From assembly GCA_003427395.1 (NCBI GenBank), contig BFEA01000010.1, forward strand, positions 1,369,091-1,433,090: DNA of 64,000 nucleotides, in the 5' to 3' direction. The position numbers were made by a program, and so were the translations under genes. The DNA is from Chara braunii (taxonomy: Eukaryota; Plantae; Charophyceae). Each line of letters starts with the position of its first letter. Position 1 is the stretch's first letter. Below, piece by piece: positions 40,600-53,865 of this stretch. The notes under the pieces were generated by a model, which made no database searches, was not told where the DNA came from, and was given only the letters and a program-made list of their open reading frames with translations.

Positions 40600-42621
40600 T
40601 GCCTTCCCTTTCAATTTCTTCTCATACTCGGCCACGATCTGAGGAGTGGTCTTGACAAGTTCCTCCCTCGTAAACCATCGATCTTCCTTAGGATTCGTAT
40701 GATGCCTGAACCGTGCTCTGTATTCTCTTGCAGGATTAGGCGGTCAACCCCTACCGACTGGCTTGAGAACAGGCATGTCTTTGTGTTCGAGATTATCGTC
40801 GACGTCGACGTGGCCATCCATGGTTGGGGGCACCATAGATCTTTGTGATGGGAAGTGTTCCGTATCAGCGAAAGGAGAGAGCTTTGAGGCATAAAACACA
40901 GGGTGAGTGCATAACTGACCAGGGATACGGATAGCGTACGAGGGACCATCCATCTCACTACCCACAACACCCAAGACTTCTCAGGGACCGAAATATTCAG
41001 GCATTAGTTTCCTAGAGATACCGAACTCCTGTCCCAGTTCACTAGCCTTAACCCAGACACGTTCCCCTACGTGAAATGTGGACTGTCGGCGATGCTTGTT
41101 CTCAGAAACAATCATTGCTTCATGAGACTTCTTGATGTTCTCGACAACTTGCTGCAGCAGCTTCTCGTACTGGACACCAAACTCAATGGTTCCAAGAGTT
41201 GCAGCAGGTCGGTTTTTAGGAAAAAGGAAGTCTACTGCAGATCTAGGCTTCCACCCCAGATGCAGCTCATTCGAGGTGCCCCATGCTGCTGTGTAAAGCG
41301 TTGTTGTATAGACGGGCGATGAGAGGCAATTTCTCATCTAGTCATCCTGGTTGGGCTTAATATAATGCCTCAGCATATGCTGCACCACCCGGTTCATCGG
41401 TTCAGCCTGCCCATTGGCTTCGGGATGATTCGTAGAAATCATTTGGAGCTGGCTGCATATTTGTTCAGCGACCTTCTTCCACATCCCGCTTGTGAAACGC
41501 ACATCCCTACCACTAACGATCGTCTTTGGCAGTCCAAAGTCACGCACCCAGTTATCCATGAATTACTTGATGATGTGTTCAGTCTTGGCGGCCTTCGGCA
41601 TGGCAATTAGTCTAGCAAACTTAGTGAGCCTATCAACTACGACGAAGACATGTCTCTTGTCACTCTTGCTGGTCACAAGGGTATCCATGAAGTCCATGGA
41701 GATACTTTGTCCCGGACCAGCAGGAATGGGAAAAAACTTTAGTAACCCAAGCGGAGCTTGAGTACGCAACTTGTCCCACTGACAGATCTGACAGGTCTGT
41801 GCGTACTTCTTTGCATCGTCCAGCATGTTAGGCCACCAGGATGATTGTACTAAATTAGCACTAGTCTTCTTATAGCCAAAATGTTCGGTTGCGTCGTGAC
41901 AGTTACCTAAAAATAAACTATGCAAAATCTCTCTAGATGGAACAACTAACCTCTTAAACCCTGCCTTCTCAAGAAAGAGTAACTCATCCACCATCACAAG
42001 CTCGTCAGTGGTGGCCTTGTCTTTGGCCTTCAGTTTGTTGATGATGTCCATTGTAATAGGGTCTTCCTCGTAGGCTTCCCCCAAGGATCGAGTAACGACC
42101 TTTGAGGGTCGGGTACCATGACAACCTCATGGTGCGTGAGTGCATGCTTCAAACACTTGAAAGTTGCCTCACACTCCTCGGTTCATTCCCGTGGCGTATC
42201 AAGTCGAGTTAGATCAGTCAAGGGAGATGTGATCGTGTTGTAGTTCTTAACGAAGTTGCAGTAACAACCACACATTCCCAAGAATGATTTGACCTCAGTT
42301 GGAGACTGGGTCGTGGCCAGTCATGTATCTTCGGGCCTAATTCCATCCGCGGAGATTTCATGACCCAAGTACAAGATTCGAGTGCGACCCAACTCACATT
42401 TTTCTAAGTTTATCTTATACTTGTGCTGCCAAGGAGTGAAAGTACCTTGTCTACATGTCGAGCATGTTCCTCGACATTCTTACTAAACATAAGTATATCA
42501 TCGAGGTACACGATGACGAACTTATCTAAGTGGTCATGAAAGATCCTATTCATGGCGTGCTGGAATGTACTCGGCGCATTGCAAAGGCCAAAGGGCATTA
42601 CCACAAACTCTTATAGACCGC
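40600..42621 (-). mobile_element. Chromovirus-type Ty3/Gypsy pol remnant (RT C-half, integrase, chromodomain-like end; RNase H largely deleted)
   Basis: [21 protein letters not shown]; HDATEHFG..CQICQ; ISMDFMD; VVVDRLTK; HPEANGQAE; HPVFYASKLSP. Confidence 0.93.
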
Positions 42622-45600
42622 TGTCGGGATTGGTGGGTCCCGAATAACTTCCCATCACTCGAGAGACTCAATATAGCCAAATTGTGCACGATAGAGAAAT
42701 CTGGAGCAAGGATGAAAGAGAGAGAAAAGACAAAGGATTAGGCCGCAGGAGGGAGTGATGCCCTGGGGTGAGAACCACAGGAGGAAAGAACCAGCGACGA
42801 CAAGCAAGTAAGCGCAAGAATAGGGGCGCATAGGACATAGCATGAGGCCAGGAGGGCTATTGGAATTCGACAAGACTAAGGCCAAGGGGCCGTTGCCCGG
42901 CAAACACGGCACGACAGCGACAAAAGAATGAGTAAGTCGACAGATGGACGGCCCCGGAGGCCGTGGGCAGCTAGAAAATAAGGGCCCAACATGGGGGCCA
43001 CCTATGGGAGCCTCGGGTTCGAGGCCCCGCGACCAAAGGAACCAGCGCGCGCAAGACCGCAAGAAAGACAAGGGAGAGGGGTCAACGGGGGGCGGCAAAC
43101 GCCCAAGGGACGTGGGACACCTTGGGAAAAGGCACCCGGGGCCACGTGGGACTAAGTAAAAATAATGGTATCCGGGACAAAATGTGTTGGGGATCACCGG
43201 CGGGACAAAGTGCCGAGGGCCACCGGCGGGACTAAGTGTCGGGGACCACCGACGGGATTAACTGTCGGGGACCATCGGCGGGACTAAGTGTTGGGGACCG
43301 CCGACGGGACTAAGTGCCGGGGACCATCGGCGGGAAAGTGGTGGGGACACATGAAGGTCTCAAGAGGAAACGGCGGCACCACATGAGAGAAAAATAATTA
43401 AGATAAGGTGCACCGTCAAGATCGAGATCTTGACGGCCAAAAATATTAGCACCGCTAGTGCAAGCACTAGCACTAGCGGCAAGTGGGAAGGCCAAAAGGA
43501 AAAGAAAAAGCAAAGAAACATGGAGTGGCAGGCATGGGAGCAATCCGAAAATTCTCGGATCAGCCTTCCTCAAGAAAATAGAGTCAAAAGAGACCCCATG
43601 AGAAAAATAGGCCTCCGGGAGAAAATCGGAGCAAGAGGGGCCACTGTGGGAGAAAGATAGATGTAAAAGGAAACTCCCACCGGCATGAGAAGGCCATTAT
43701 TGCAGTCCGAGATATAACGGACTGCACCTTGGGCATAGGAAGGGCCAAAACTAAGAGGAAGGGGCTAGAAAAGGGCCTTAACGGCCACTTGACACTTGAC
43801 TTGCTAAGAAAAAAGAAAGAAAAGAAAAGAAATGCCGGAAAACAAGACAAAAATGGTTGGAGGGAGTGAGTGAGTTGGTCGTCAGTAGGGACTCCCACAA
43901 GTAGGGACTGGCAGGTCCCTACTATCGAAGAAAGGAGGAAAAAGAAAAGAAAAGAAAAGAGAAAATAAAAGAAAAGAGAAAATAAAAGAAAAGAGAAAAG
44001 GATATTAACGGTAAAAAACGACCACTTGGGGAGATACATCCATAACCAGATTCATTATGGAATATGGCGGTTACAAAGGGCCTTGAATTTTCTTTGATTT
44101 TGCAGAGAAAATCAAAGAAACTCAAGGCCCCATGCAACCGAAAAATAACGGATTACATGGGGGAGGAGAAACACATGTCTTAGGTGCACCCGGAGCCAAA
44201 ATTGAGTCCGGATGCACTTGGGAGTTCGCCGTTTCTTTTTCTTTCAAGTAAGGGCTAGTTGTGGGACATTGGGGCTAGGGAATTGACCCCTATTGCAGTC
44301 CGAGTTGCAACGAACTGCATAGGGAAGGAAAAACACATGTTTTAAGTGCATCCGGAGCCAATATTGAACCCGTATGCACGTAAAAATTTAACATTTTTTT
44401 TTCTTTTAACATGGGGCAAGTTGTGGGGTTGTGGGACTACGAAAATGACCATGATTAGAGTCCAAGGAATAACGGACTGCATGGGGATGCCTAGGCTAAG
44501 GGAAAATGAGCCACGGCAAACCCGAAAGGCTAGAAAGGAGCAAGTTCGACATAAGGCAAGTAGAGACGGTAAACGGCAACCGTGAGATAGAATCTCGCAG
44601 CCTAGAAAAATCGGCATACATGTGGCACCTAAGGGAAAGATGTTGAGACCACCAAGGGCAAGAGGGTCCAAAAATAAAAATGGGACACCGTCCGGGCTGT
44701 TGCCGGGGACCAAGTGGGTCAAAATAATAAAAGTCCAAAAATGGGACATGCGTCGGCGGGACTACCGACGGGACAAGAAAATGGAACTAGTACGGAGGAA
44801 AGTGGCTAGGACTAGTACGGAGGAAAGTGTCGGAGAGAGCCGGAGGAAAGTACCGGAGAGAGCCAGATGCACCAAAAATTTAAAAAGTGGGCTTAGGGGC
44901 TCAAATTTGAAGCAAGGGTTACTTGGAGGTGGCACGAAATATTATTGGCCTTGAATCTCAGCCAGATCCAAGGCTGAAAATGCACCGCTGCATGGAAAAA
45001 TATCTCGGCCTACCAAAAATTGGGTAGAAACTGAAAAAATTGAGAAAAAGGTCCACGGGCAACATTTTGGAAGTGGGTAACATTTGCCGTTGGGTAAAAC
45101 TTGCCCCTCGGGCAAGGGGGCAACATTTTGGAAGTGAGGAGGTCATCGATGCGTAGAAGAGGGCCGACGTTCTTGACCGTTGTCGGGACTGGTGAGTCCC
45201 GAATGCCTTCCCGTCACTCGAGAGATTGTATATGACTAATTTGTGCATGACAGAGAAAAACGGAGGCAAGAATGCTGGAAAGATCGGAAGCGTGGGCAGA
45301 GGCAGTAGGAAGCTAGAGGCTGCCCAGGGTCGCCAGGACCGCCAAACTAAAAAAGGACGGTCTAAGCAGGAAGCGGCAAAGGACTGTGAGAGAATAGCAG
45401 GGGCGACTCTTTCCCCGAAGGACGGGGAAGGGCCGCCGGGAAGTCGGTAGTAGCATAAGAGGTGCGCAGCAAGGGAAGGAAGGAAGCGGGAAGGGACAGG
45501 GCGCAAGGCGCTGACGTGACACACCGGCAAGTGGGCCAAGGAGACCGCGGGTTAGGCGGGAGCCGACACCTGGAACGGAATAGCATACGGGACACAATAG

Positions 45601-47937
45601 GAGCAGGGAGCGGAGATCGCCGTGAGACAAAGGGACGTCGGAAACACCAAGAGAGAACGTGGTATCAGCAGGACGAAGCGCTGAGGACTACACAAAACCA
45701 AGAAAAGACGTGGCATCGACAGAGCAAAGCGTAGGGGGCCATGTGAGATTAAGAGAAGATGTGGTGCCGACGCAACAAAGTGCCCGAGACCACGTGGCAC
45801 CAAGAGAAGACATGGTACCAACAGGACGAAGTATCAGGGACCACGTGGGATCAAACGAAAATGCGAAATTACCGGCGGGACTAATATCGGGTGCCGTCGA
45901 TGAAACAACGAACGACTGGGCAGCGGGGATACATGATGACCCAAGAAGAAAACAGGTCGTCACCTGGGACGACACCAGAAAAAGGGGAACGGACTAGGAA
46001 TAATAAGAGGATAGGGAGAAGGCGGGCGTCGACGAAAATTGACGACAGAACGAAGCAGACGGACGTGAGACAGGAAAGACGGAAGGCACCTGGGGCGACC
46101 CAAGGGGACTCTGGATCAAATGCAACGACGAAAAAAATAAAATAACATAACATAAGGTGGACGGGACCTTCCGGGCCAGGGGATTCGGATGAAAATGCTA
46201 AGCACCGCCGCGGCAAGCGCCGGCGGAAGGTGATGAAGGGAAAGAGGAGAGCGAGTAGCGGCAGTAAGGGGGGGGGCGACCAGCAGTCCGAGTATCTCGG
46301 ATCAACCAGGCCAAGAAAAACGAAGTTCCAAGGGCTCCACGTGGAAAAAGGGCTGGCCGGAGAAAATCGGAGCAAGAGGGGCGTCAAACTGGAAGCGGCG
46401 GCAGCAAAAAGGAGCCCCTTTTGGCCTTCGGCGTCCCACTACTGCAGTCCGAGGTGTAACGGCCATATGCCGGTTGCAAAATCAGGTCTGGGAACAGGTC
46501 CAACAACTAGAAAGAGGAGAAATAGTTGTTGGACACTTATCCCAACAGTAAATAAAAGAGAAAGGAGAAAAAAGGGGAAAAAAAGGGGGGGAGAATGAGA
46601 CAAAGAAGGAGGAATGAGTGGAGGAGAAAGTGCCGCCATGTTGGGACTGCAGCAGTAGGGACTGGCACGTCTCAATGATGACCTCATCCCTCCTAGGTCC
46701 TAGGAGGGCAGTCCGGATTGCAGAGATAAGGTCTTTCGGACATTATCTCTGCAATATCTGAATTTAAGCAGCAAAAATAAGGAAAAATGCTGATGTGAGT
46801 TGACCGGCTCATTTTGGGGCCTTAGATCTGATATCTGATCTTGCGGAGGAGGAAATCTAGCCGTTTTTTGTGGGTTGACACAAAACGGCTAGCTCCGAAA
46901 TGAGTTGGCAGCAAAATGGAGGAAAAACAAAGAGAGGAACAAGAGAAAACAGCGTATTTGGCCCAAGGATTGGCCCAGATACACCAAAACAAATAAAAAT
47001 TGAAGTAAAAGGCTCAAATTTGGGCCAAGGGGAGCTTGGGGGTAGCTCGGAATGATGAGGACCGTGGATCTCAGCCAAATCCAAGGCTGAGATTGGAGCC
47101 GCCACTTGGGAAAATGCAACGGCCTACCCAAAAGAGGCCTAGACCAGGAAAAAAACGAAGAATGGGCCTTTAGGCCCTCAAAATTCAGTAAAGGCTGCAT
47201 TTTGGGAAGTGGTACCCCAAAAGGCAGCTCTTTTGGAAGTAAAAAAAGGCCGCGGTAGACCAAGGGGTAGTCCGAGAAGGTACCGGCCTCACAGGCTGCA
47301 TTTACCTGGCCGAAATGAGGCCCATGTACCTCCTGATAGGCCAAAACCGAAAATTTGGCCTTGGGGGTACCTCGACCCACCTAGAGGCACTTCGAGACGC
47401 CTAGAGGTTGGGCGGTGCACCTATTCCAGCCTACATAAGCTGGAGGTGCAGGCCGCCACTCTCATTTGAGCATGAGAGGTGCCCATGCTGCCCAAATAAG
47501 TCTAGGAGAGAGTCCGAGTGGAAGTGAAGCAAGGGAGTGAGAGCCGGAGCTAGCCTGGAGTCTGGCTATGGTGATAGGCCTGAGGGAGCAGGTCTAGAGG
47601 CAAGAGAAAGGCAAGGGAGGTGATCCGCCATAGCCCTCAGGTTGTGAGGTAGGAGGAGAGGCTGAAAGGGGTCCCCTTAGCCCTTCTAGAGGGTAGGATC
47701 CCACATCCTTAAAGGTAGGAGCCTGCCATAGCTAGAGGAGAGGTGTGGGGGAAGGAGGGGAGAGTTTGGGAGGGAGGAAAAACCATACTCAGGAGGCTAG
47801 AACCAAGCATAGGGACTCCACTGCCTAGAGACCAGCGAGAGGTGAGTGAAAGAGGAGGGAGGCCTCCTCCTCCTTTTTCTTCTTCTTCTTCTTCTTCTTG
47901 ACGCATACTTGTGTGTTTTCTAAAAACAAACACGACA
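42622..47937 (+). mobile_element. ~5.3 kb solo-LTR-like insertion (long-LTR Tat/Ogre-like)
   Basis: starts TGTCG and ends CGACA; truncates the Gypsy RT exactly at 42621; flanks ACCGC/ACCTC; internal tandem repeats (~26-bp at 43185-43340, others 45640-45850); no recognisable TE protein. Confidence 0.6.
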
Positions 47938-47989
47938 ACCTCCTGACTAACCTAACCATGAAAGCACCAATTGCACGTAACTATCAGTC

Positions 47990-50800
47990 GAAAATCCCTA
48001 CTTAAAACAACCTTGAAATATCATACATATGACTTTACCTTCCTCCCTCTCTCAATATTACATATCGACTCGCAACTCCCCATGTAAGTATGACCGCCCT
48101 TCTAATGGGGCATCTAGAATAGTTTCCCACTCGGATGTACCTGTCATACGCCCATCATGCTCTAATACTACCGCCGATAATAAAAGATGAAACGATGTGC
48201 TCCACGATATCTTCTCCCATCCCCCGATGGTTGTCCGACACATCATCATACATCTTTGTGACAAAAACAATCGGGTCGCGTAAATCTTCGACCACATACC
48301 CCAAAGCAAGCTCTAACTGTAAAACCAGCACTCAATCCACATCCACCTCATACTCATGATAACCAAAACGATTAGTAGCAACGACAAATCCAAAATCCCG
48401 ATCCATAGGGTAATCACGCTGCTCCAACATTTCATAAATCACTACGGTCCNNNNNNNNNNNNNNNNNNNNNNNNNNNNNNNNNNNNNNNNNNNNNNNNNN
48501 NNNNNNNNNNNNNNNNNNNNNNNNNNNNNNNNNNNNNNNNNNNNNNNNNNNNNNNNNNNNNNNNNNNNNNNNNNNNNNNNNNNNNNNNNNNNNNNNNNNN
48601 NNNNNNNNNNNNNNNNNNNNNNNNNNNNNNNNNNNNNNNNNNNNNNNNNNNNNNNNNNNNNNNNNNNNNNNNNNNNNNNNNNNNNNNNNNNNNNNNNNNN
48701 NNNNNNNNNNNNNNNNNNNNNNNNNNNNNNNNNNNNNNNNNNNNNNNNNNNNNNNNNNNNNNNNNNNNNNNNNNNNNNNNNNNNNNNNNNNNNNNNNNNN
48801 NNNNNNNNNNNNNNNNNNNNNNNNNNNNNNNNNNNNNNNNNNNNNNNNNNNNNNNNNNNNNNNNNNNNNNNNNNNNNNNNNNNNNNNNNNNNNNNNNNNN
48901 NNNNNNNNNNNNNNNNNNNNNNNNNNNNNNNNNNNNNNNNNNNNNNNNNNNNNNNNNNNNNNNNNNNNNNNNNNNNNNNNNNNNNNNNNNNNNNNNNNNN
49001 NNNNNNNNNNNNNNNNNNNNNNNNNNNNNNNNNNNNNNNNNNNNNNNNNNNNNNNNNNNNNNNNNNNNNNNNNNNNNNNNNNNNNNNNNNNNNNNNNNNN
49101 NNNNNNNNNNNNNNNNNNNNNNNNNNNNNNNNNNNNNNNNNNNNNNNNNNNNNNNNNNNNNNNNNNNNNNNNNNNNNNNNNNNNNNNNNNNNNNNNNNNN
49201 NNNNNNNNNNNNNNNNNNNNNNNNNNNNNNNNNNNNNNNNNNNNNNNNNNNNNNNNNNNNNNNNNNNNNNNNNNNNNNNNNNNNNNNNNNNNNNNNNNNN
49301 NNNNNNNNNNNNNNNNNNNNNNNNNNNNNNNNNNNNNNNNNNNNNNNNNNNNNNNNNNNNNNNNNNNNNNNNNNNNNNNNNNNNNNNNNNNNNNNNNNNN
49401 NNNNNCAAAATCCCGATCCATAGGGTAATCACGCTGCTCCAACATTTCATAAATCACTACGGTCCGCCCTGCCACCTGACCACGACACACCACCTTGGCT
49501 GCCATGGCTAACGAAGTACTCTCTACTCTCTTTCTCTCTCCCCTCTCCACTCCTCTCGTCCTTCCCTCCTCAAAAAGACTATTCACCAAAATATTCTCCC
49601 TAATAAACTCCCCAATCTATCCCCCACCCCTCTTTCTTTGTTTTGTAATCGCCCCCTTTCTTCCCGCCTTCTCTCTCCTTCCCTTCCCTATATCAATATC
49701 CCAATCAAGCTTTACCTATTGCCTTCACCCCTAACACCTACTTGTACTAAAAGTTTCGTGAAACTCCACTTTCCAAAGTAACATCCCTCACTCTCACTTA
49801 CGGTTCCTCCCAATCGCGATCCCCTTACTGAATGCCCCTCTTCCCTACACTCCCCTGTCGTACTCCACCACACATCTTACATTCCCCACTTCATGTGAAA
49901 ACCCACTACCACCTATTAAACCATTAGATATTTAACTTTTTGCACCATCAAACACAACCACTCCTGATGATCTCCTCACCCCAGTGCCTCTCTTACAATC
50001 TCCCCAAGCTATCTCTCTCTCTGCTGTGACCTCTCCCTTCGTCCTGTGATCGCCTCCCTTCTTCTCGCCACCTCTCTCCTTCCCGCCCTTAATAGTTATC
50101 CGAAGCAAACTATACCTATTGCTTTCACCTCTAACACTCACTCGTACTAAACGTCTCGCAAAACCCTAATTTCCGAAATATCATGCTCCACCGTCACGAA
50201 CGATTTCTCTCAATCACGACTCACCTACTGAGAGTTTCTTTCCTCTACACTCCCCTGTCATACTTAACCTTATATTTTTCTCTCTCCGCTGGATACGCAG
50301 CCCCACCACCACTTAGTACACCGTTTGATCCTTACCTCTCTGCAACATCAAACTCGTCCAATATCATCCCCCCAATGCCTCTGTAGAAACATGGGAAGTA
50401 TGATGCTTTAAACCGACCACCGCAGTAGCTTAAAATGGACATGGCAACAACCACCCACACGAACACCAAGCGAGTTGCCAAAGCTAAGTTGGCAAACCCC
50501 AGCAACAAGAGACTACAATGCTATACAGACTACCTACTCCAAATCAATATATACTATTTCTGAACACACATCAACTATAAAAAACAAAGCAAGGTTACAC
50601 TAGGTCCCTAAGAAAAGCAACACATGACTCATACCGAAGCAGTCTTTGGCAGATAACGAAAAATACTACAGCACATTCTATCACGATACCTAGAGACTCC
50701 AGACATACCTGAATACAAATAAACCATTTTTGTGTCCAAACACTCTTTAATGTCTATACCGACAAAAATACCAATATAAAACAATGCTAACATAGATCAT
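47990..50800 (-). mobile_element. 5' part of a decayed LINE (APE endonuclease N-half and upstream region), spans a gap
   Basis: minus-strand IVFVTKMY...SFIIGG (48171-48270; cf. vnvYaP...IIgGDFN). Confidence 0.4.
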
Positions 50801-51011
50801 CCTCGTCGTAATACAAACGTGCCTATAAAAGGAAAGAACAAAAACAAAAAAATAGTAAAAACATGACAAAAAACAAATAACACTTAATAAATAATAATAG
50901 ATGAATAATAATTTTTCTTTTTAGTTTTTTTTTTACATCTTGACTTTTTAAAATTTTTATTATTTATTATTTTTATTTTTTTTAATTAATTTATATATAT
51001 ATATATATATA

Positions 51012-51785
51012 CAGGGTTACCTGACCGAACGTTCGAGTGCCCCCGGGCTGGCCCCCGAACGTTCGGGCGTTCGGGGTCCCGTTCAGGGGCCGAACACCTC
51101 CAGGTTCGGCCCCCGCCAAAAAATGTTTCGGGGCCTAAAAATAAGTTTTATTTTCTGAATTGTTTTTTGAGACTTCTCTATGATGTATCCCACACGCCCA
51201 TAAATTTTGAAGCCATTCTGCTAAGCCAAACAAACATTAAAAATCGTCCAAGATGGGGGTGTCAAAACGTGATCGCCCACTCACTATTTTGTTTTTTTTC
51301 ACTTTTAACTTTTTGTTTTCATTTTATTTCGGGGCCTAAAAAAAATTATTATTTTTTGAAAAAAAATTAATGAGTTATTGATTACGTAAAATACATATCT
51401 GTAAATTTTCAGGGCATTTGTCAATGCCTAAACATAATTAAAAATCGGCAAAGGTGGCGGTGTCGAAAAGGTGATGGCACACTCACTCATTTTAATTCAC
51501 TTTTTATTTTTTTTTATTTTTATGATAGTGTTTATTTTCTGTATTTGACTTTTAATTCAAATGTGGTAACGAATTTGGACATAGTGCCCAGGCAAATGTT
51601 GTTTAGTTTATGTTTGTCCATAACATATGTTTTTTTCGGAAGTTTTGAAAAACTTTGTTTGTTTTTGTTTATTTTTTTTTTTTGTCCGCGTTCGGCCCGA
51701 ACGGCCGAACGCCTTTCGAAGGGGTCCCGTACGTTCGGGCGTTCGGGCTCGGGCGTTCGGCCCGTCCCGAATGCCGGTAACCCTG
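51012..51785 (-). mobile_element. CAGGG-family hAT-like MITE (inverted relative to the 9900 copy)
   Basis: perfect TIR CAGGGTTACC/GGTAACCCTG; interior colinear with the reverse complement of 9900-10654; no clear 8-bp TSD. Confidence 0.85.
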
Positions 51786-52930
51786 TACAGCCCCTCGTTT
51801 GTTGTCCTCTTCTCTCTCTCTGCCAACGGTTTATCGGACAGTTCTGTTTATATATATATATCTATTTGACGATATATGCGATATATATATAAACAGTTTG
51901 TCACAGCCCCTCGTTTGTTGTCCTCTTCTCTTTCTCTGCCTACGGTTTACCAGGCAGTTCTGTTTGTGACGATATATATATATATTCAGATCTTAATTCC
52001 GTTAACCAATAAAACAAAATGCAAAATACACAAAATTCTAAAAATAATAATTAGAAAAACAGGGCTCCCTCTTACAATCGAATTATTGATACTGTGCAGG
52101 ATGAAGAAAACATTCAAAAGGGATGACACGCAGAACTAGTTAGTAACATTAGGCCTTTTCTGAGCTCAAGCCCCCCATTGCGCATTGCCAGATCACAATG
52201 TTAGCAATACTAACAAACATCCTATTTCAGGTCCACCATGCGACGAATGGAGAAGCTCCATTCCTTATCGAAAACCCGACTTTTAGCGATTGGGTCTCCC
52301 TTGTCCGTGTTATGCAAACAAGACCCCATGATCTCGCTGGGAAAATCCGAGAGTTTGCAGCAAACATCTCTGAAGTCTAAAGGAAGTTGGTAATTGAGAA
52401 CAGAGAACTAAATCTCATCATTGCGAAAACCGAGAAAATTATTCTCGAGCTCCATGGCTATGATGCTACATACTTGGATGTTGCGGGGCATATTTCAATC
52501 TCAGAGAGCAATGAGACATTCACTGATGAATATATCACTTGAATATCTCTGCCCCCTGTAGAATTGGAATATTTCAAGAAAAAGGAAGCATAAAAAAGGG
52601 ATGCTGCGCACATCGAAGTCTTAACGATTGCCAGAAATGAAGGCTACAAATTCGCCAAGAATAGTACATTCCTGCCTCTCGGCTCTAGTACCTGGACTGC
52701 GAAAGCTGACTAGAAGGTACACAATCGATTATGGAAATTAGACACTTTCAACTACACTGCACCTATCAGTGTAGATGCCTATATGACACTCGCTGGACTC
52801 AGCGAGGCAGACATTGAGAATTGACGAACAACTGCAAGGAATGCCACAATTTACTTCCCCGCAACCAGAGTTACGCTTGACGTCAACTTCCCAGCGATTT
52901 CAAAATTGGAGAAAGGCAAAGTGTCCATGG

Positions 52931-53176
52931 AAAAACCCAATTCCAGAGAGAATTGTTCATGGAACCACTATAGAAATCATTTGGACTATTTTTCCTAGTA
53001 TTATACTAATGTTCATTGCAATACCATCATTTGCTCTATTATATTCCATGGATGTGGTAGTAGATAGTGCAATTACTATCAAAGTGATTGGAAATCAATG
53101 GTATTGGACTTATGAGTATTCAGATTATAATACTTCTGATGAACAATCACTTACTTTTGATAGTTATATGATTCCT
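52931..53176 (+). pseudogene. cox2: Nuclear copy (NUMT) of a mitochondrial cytochrome c oxidase subunit 2 fragment
   Basis: [41 protein letters not shown]...[17 protein letters not shown]...FDSYMIP; AT-richer than its flanks. Confidence 0.95.
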
Positions 53177-53536
53177 TCTGCGCCAGAAAGGCACACCAAA
53201 GTTCCCAATCGACCTTTCTGAGCTAAAGAAACTCTAGAATGTCGAAAGACCCTACCTGAAGTGTGCATGTGTTGGATATGAAAAAAACTTCACATTGTCT
53301 GGTACGTGATTGGCAATTTGGACAAACTTGATCCATAGGCACCCTCCGACAAGATCAGGATGCTCGAGTTCGAAGCTCTACTGCGCACTACATAGAAGAA
53401 GCCAATCCTCACACAGATCGCCATCATCTTCATGAGAGAATACATGTTGAAAATTGTGTATCGCGTCGGCCAGAACAAGAATATCTCTGCAGAAGAGATC
53501 ATCCGTTTTGAAGATTTCAAGGACGTTCCCTTTGTT

Positions 53537-53865
53537 CACAAGTTCACAGCAGCACTGCTTCCCAACGCTAAAGGGATTCACATACAGCAAACGAACAACA
53601 GGCGCCCGCTCCCGAACGACGAAGACAACTTACTCCGAAGACACCGATAAATAAGACTGGGTTCTCTCCTGCTGCCGACGGCCCACCAGCCACGATTATT
53701 TCATCACAAGTTCACAACAGCACTGCTTCCCAACGCTAAAGGGATTCACATACAGCAAACAAACAACAGGCGCCCGCTCCCGAACGACGAAGACAACTCA
53801 CTCCGAAGACACCGACAAATAAGACTGGGTTCTCTCCTGCTGCTGACGGCCCACCAGCCACGATT
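53537..53865 (+). repeat. Recent ~168-bp tandem duplication
   Basis: CACAAGTTCACA.CAGCACTGCTTCCCAACGCTAAAGGG... at 53537 and 53705. Confidence 0.9.

Noticed and set aside
42655-47469. Numerous 70-190 aa ORFs in the GC-rich insert
   Set aside because: Overlapping on both strands, low complexity, no recognisable domains.
48332-49589. Long ORFs of 355-385 aa
   Set aside because: Almost entirely N-gap translation.
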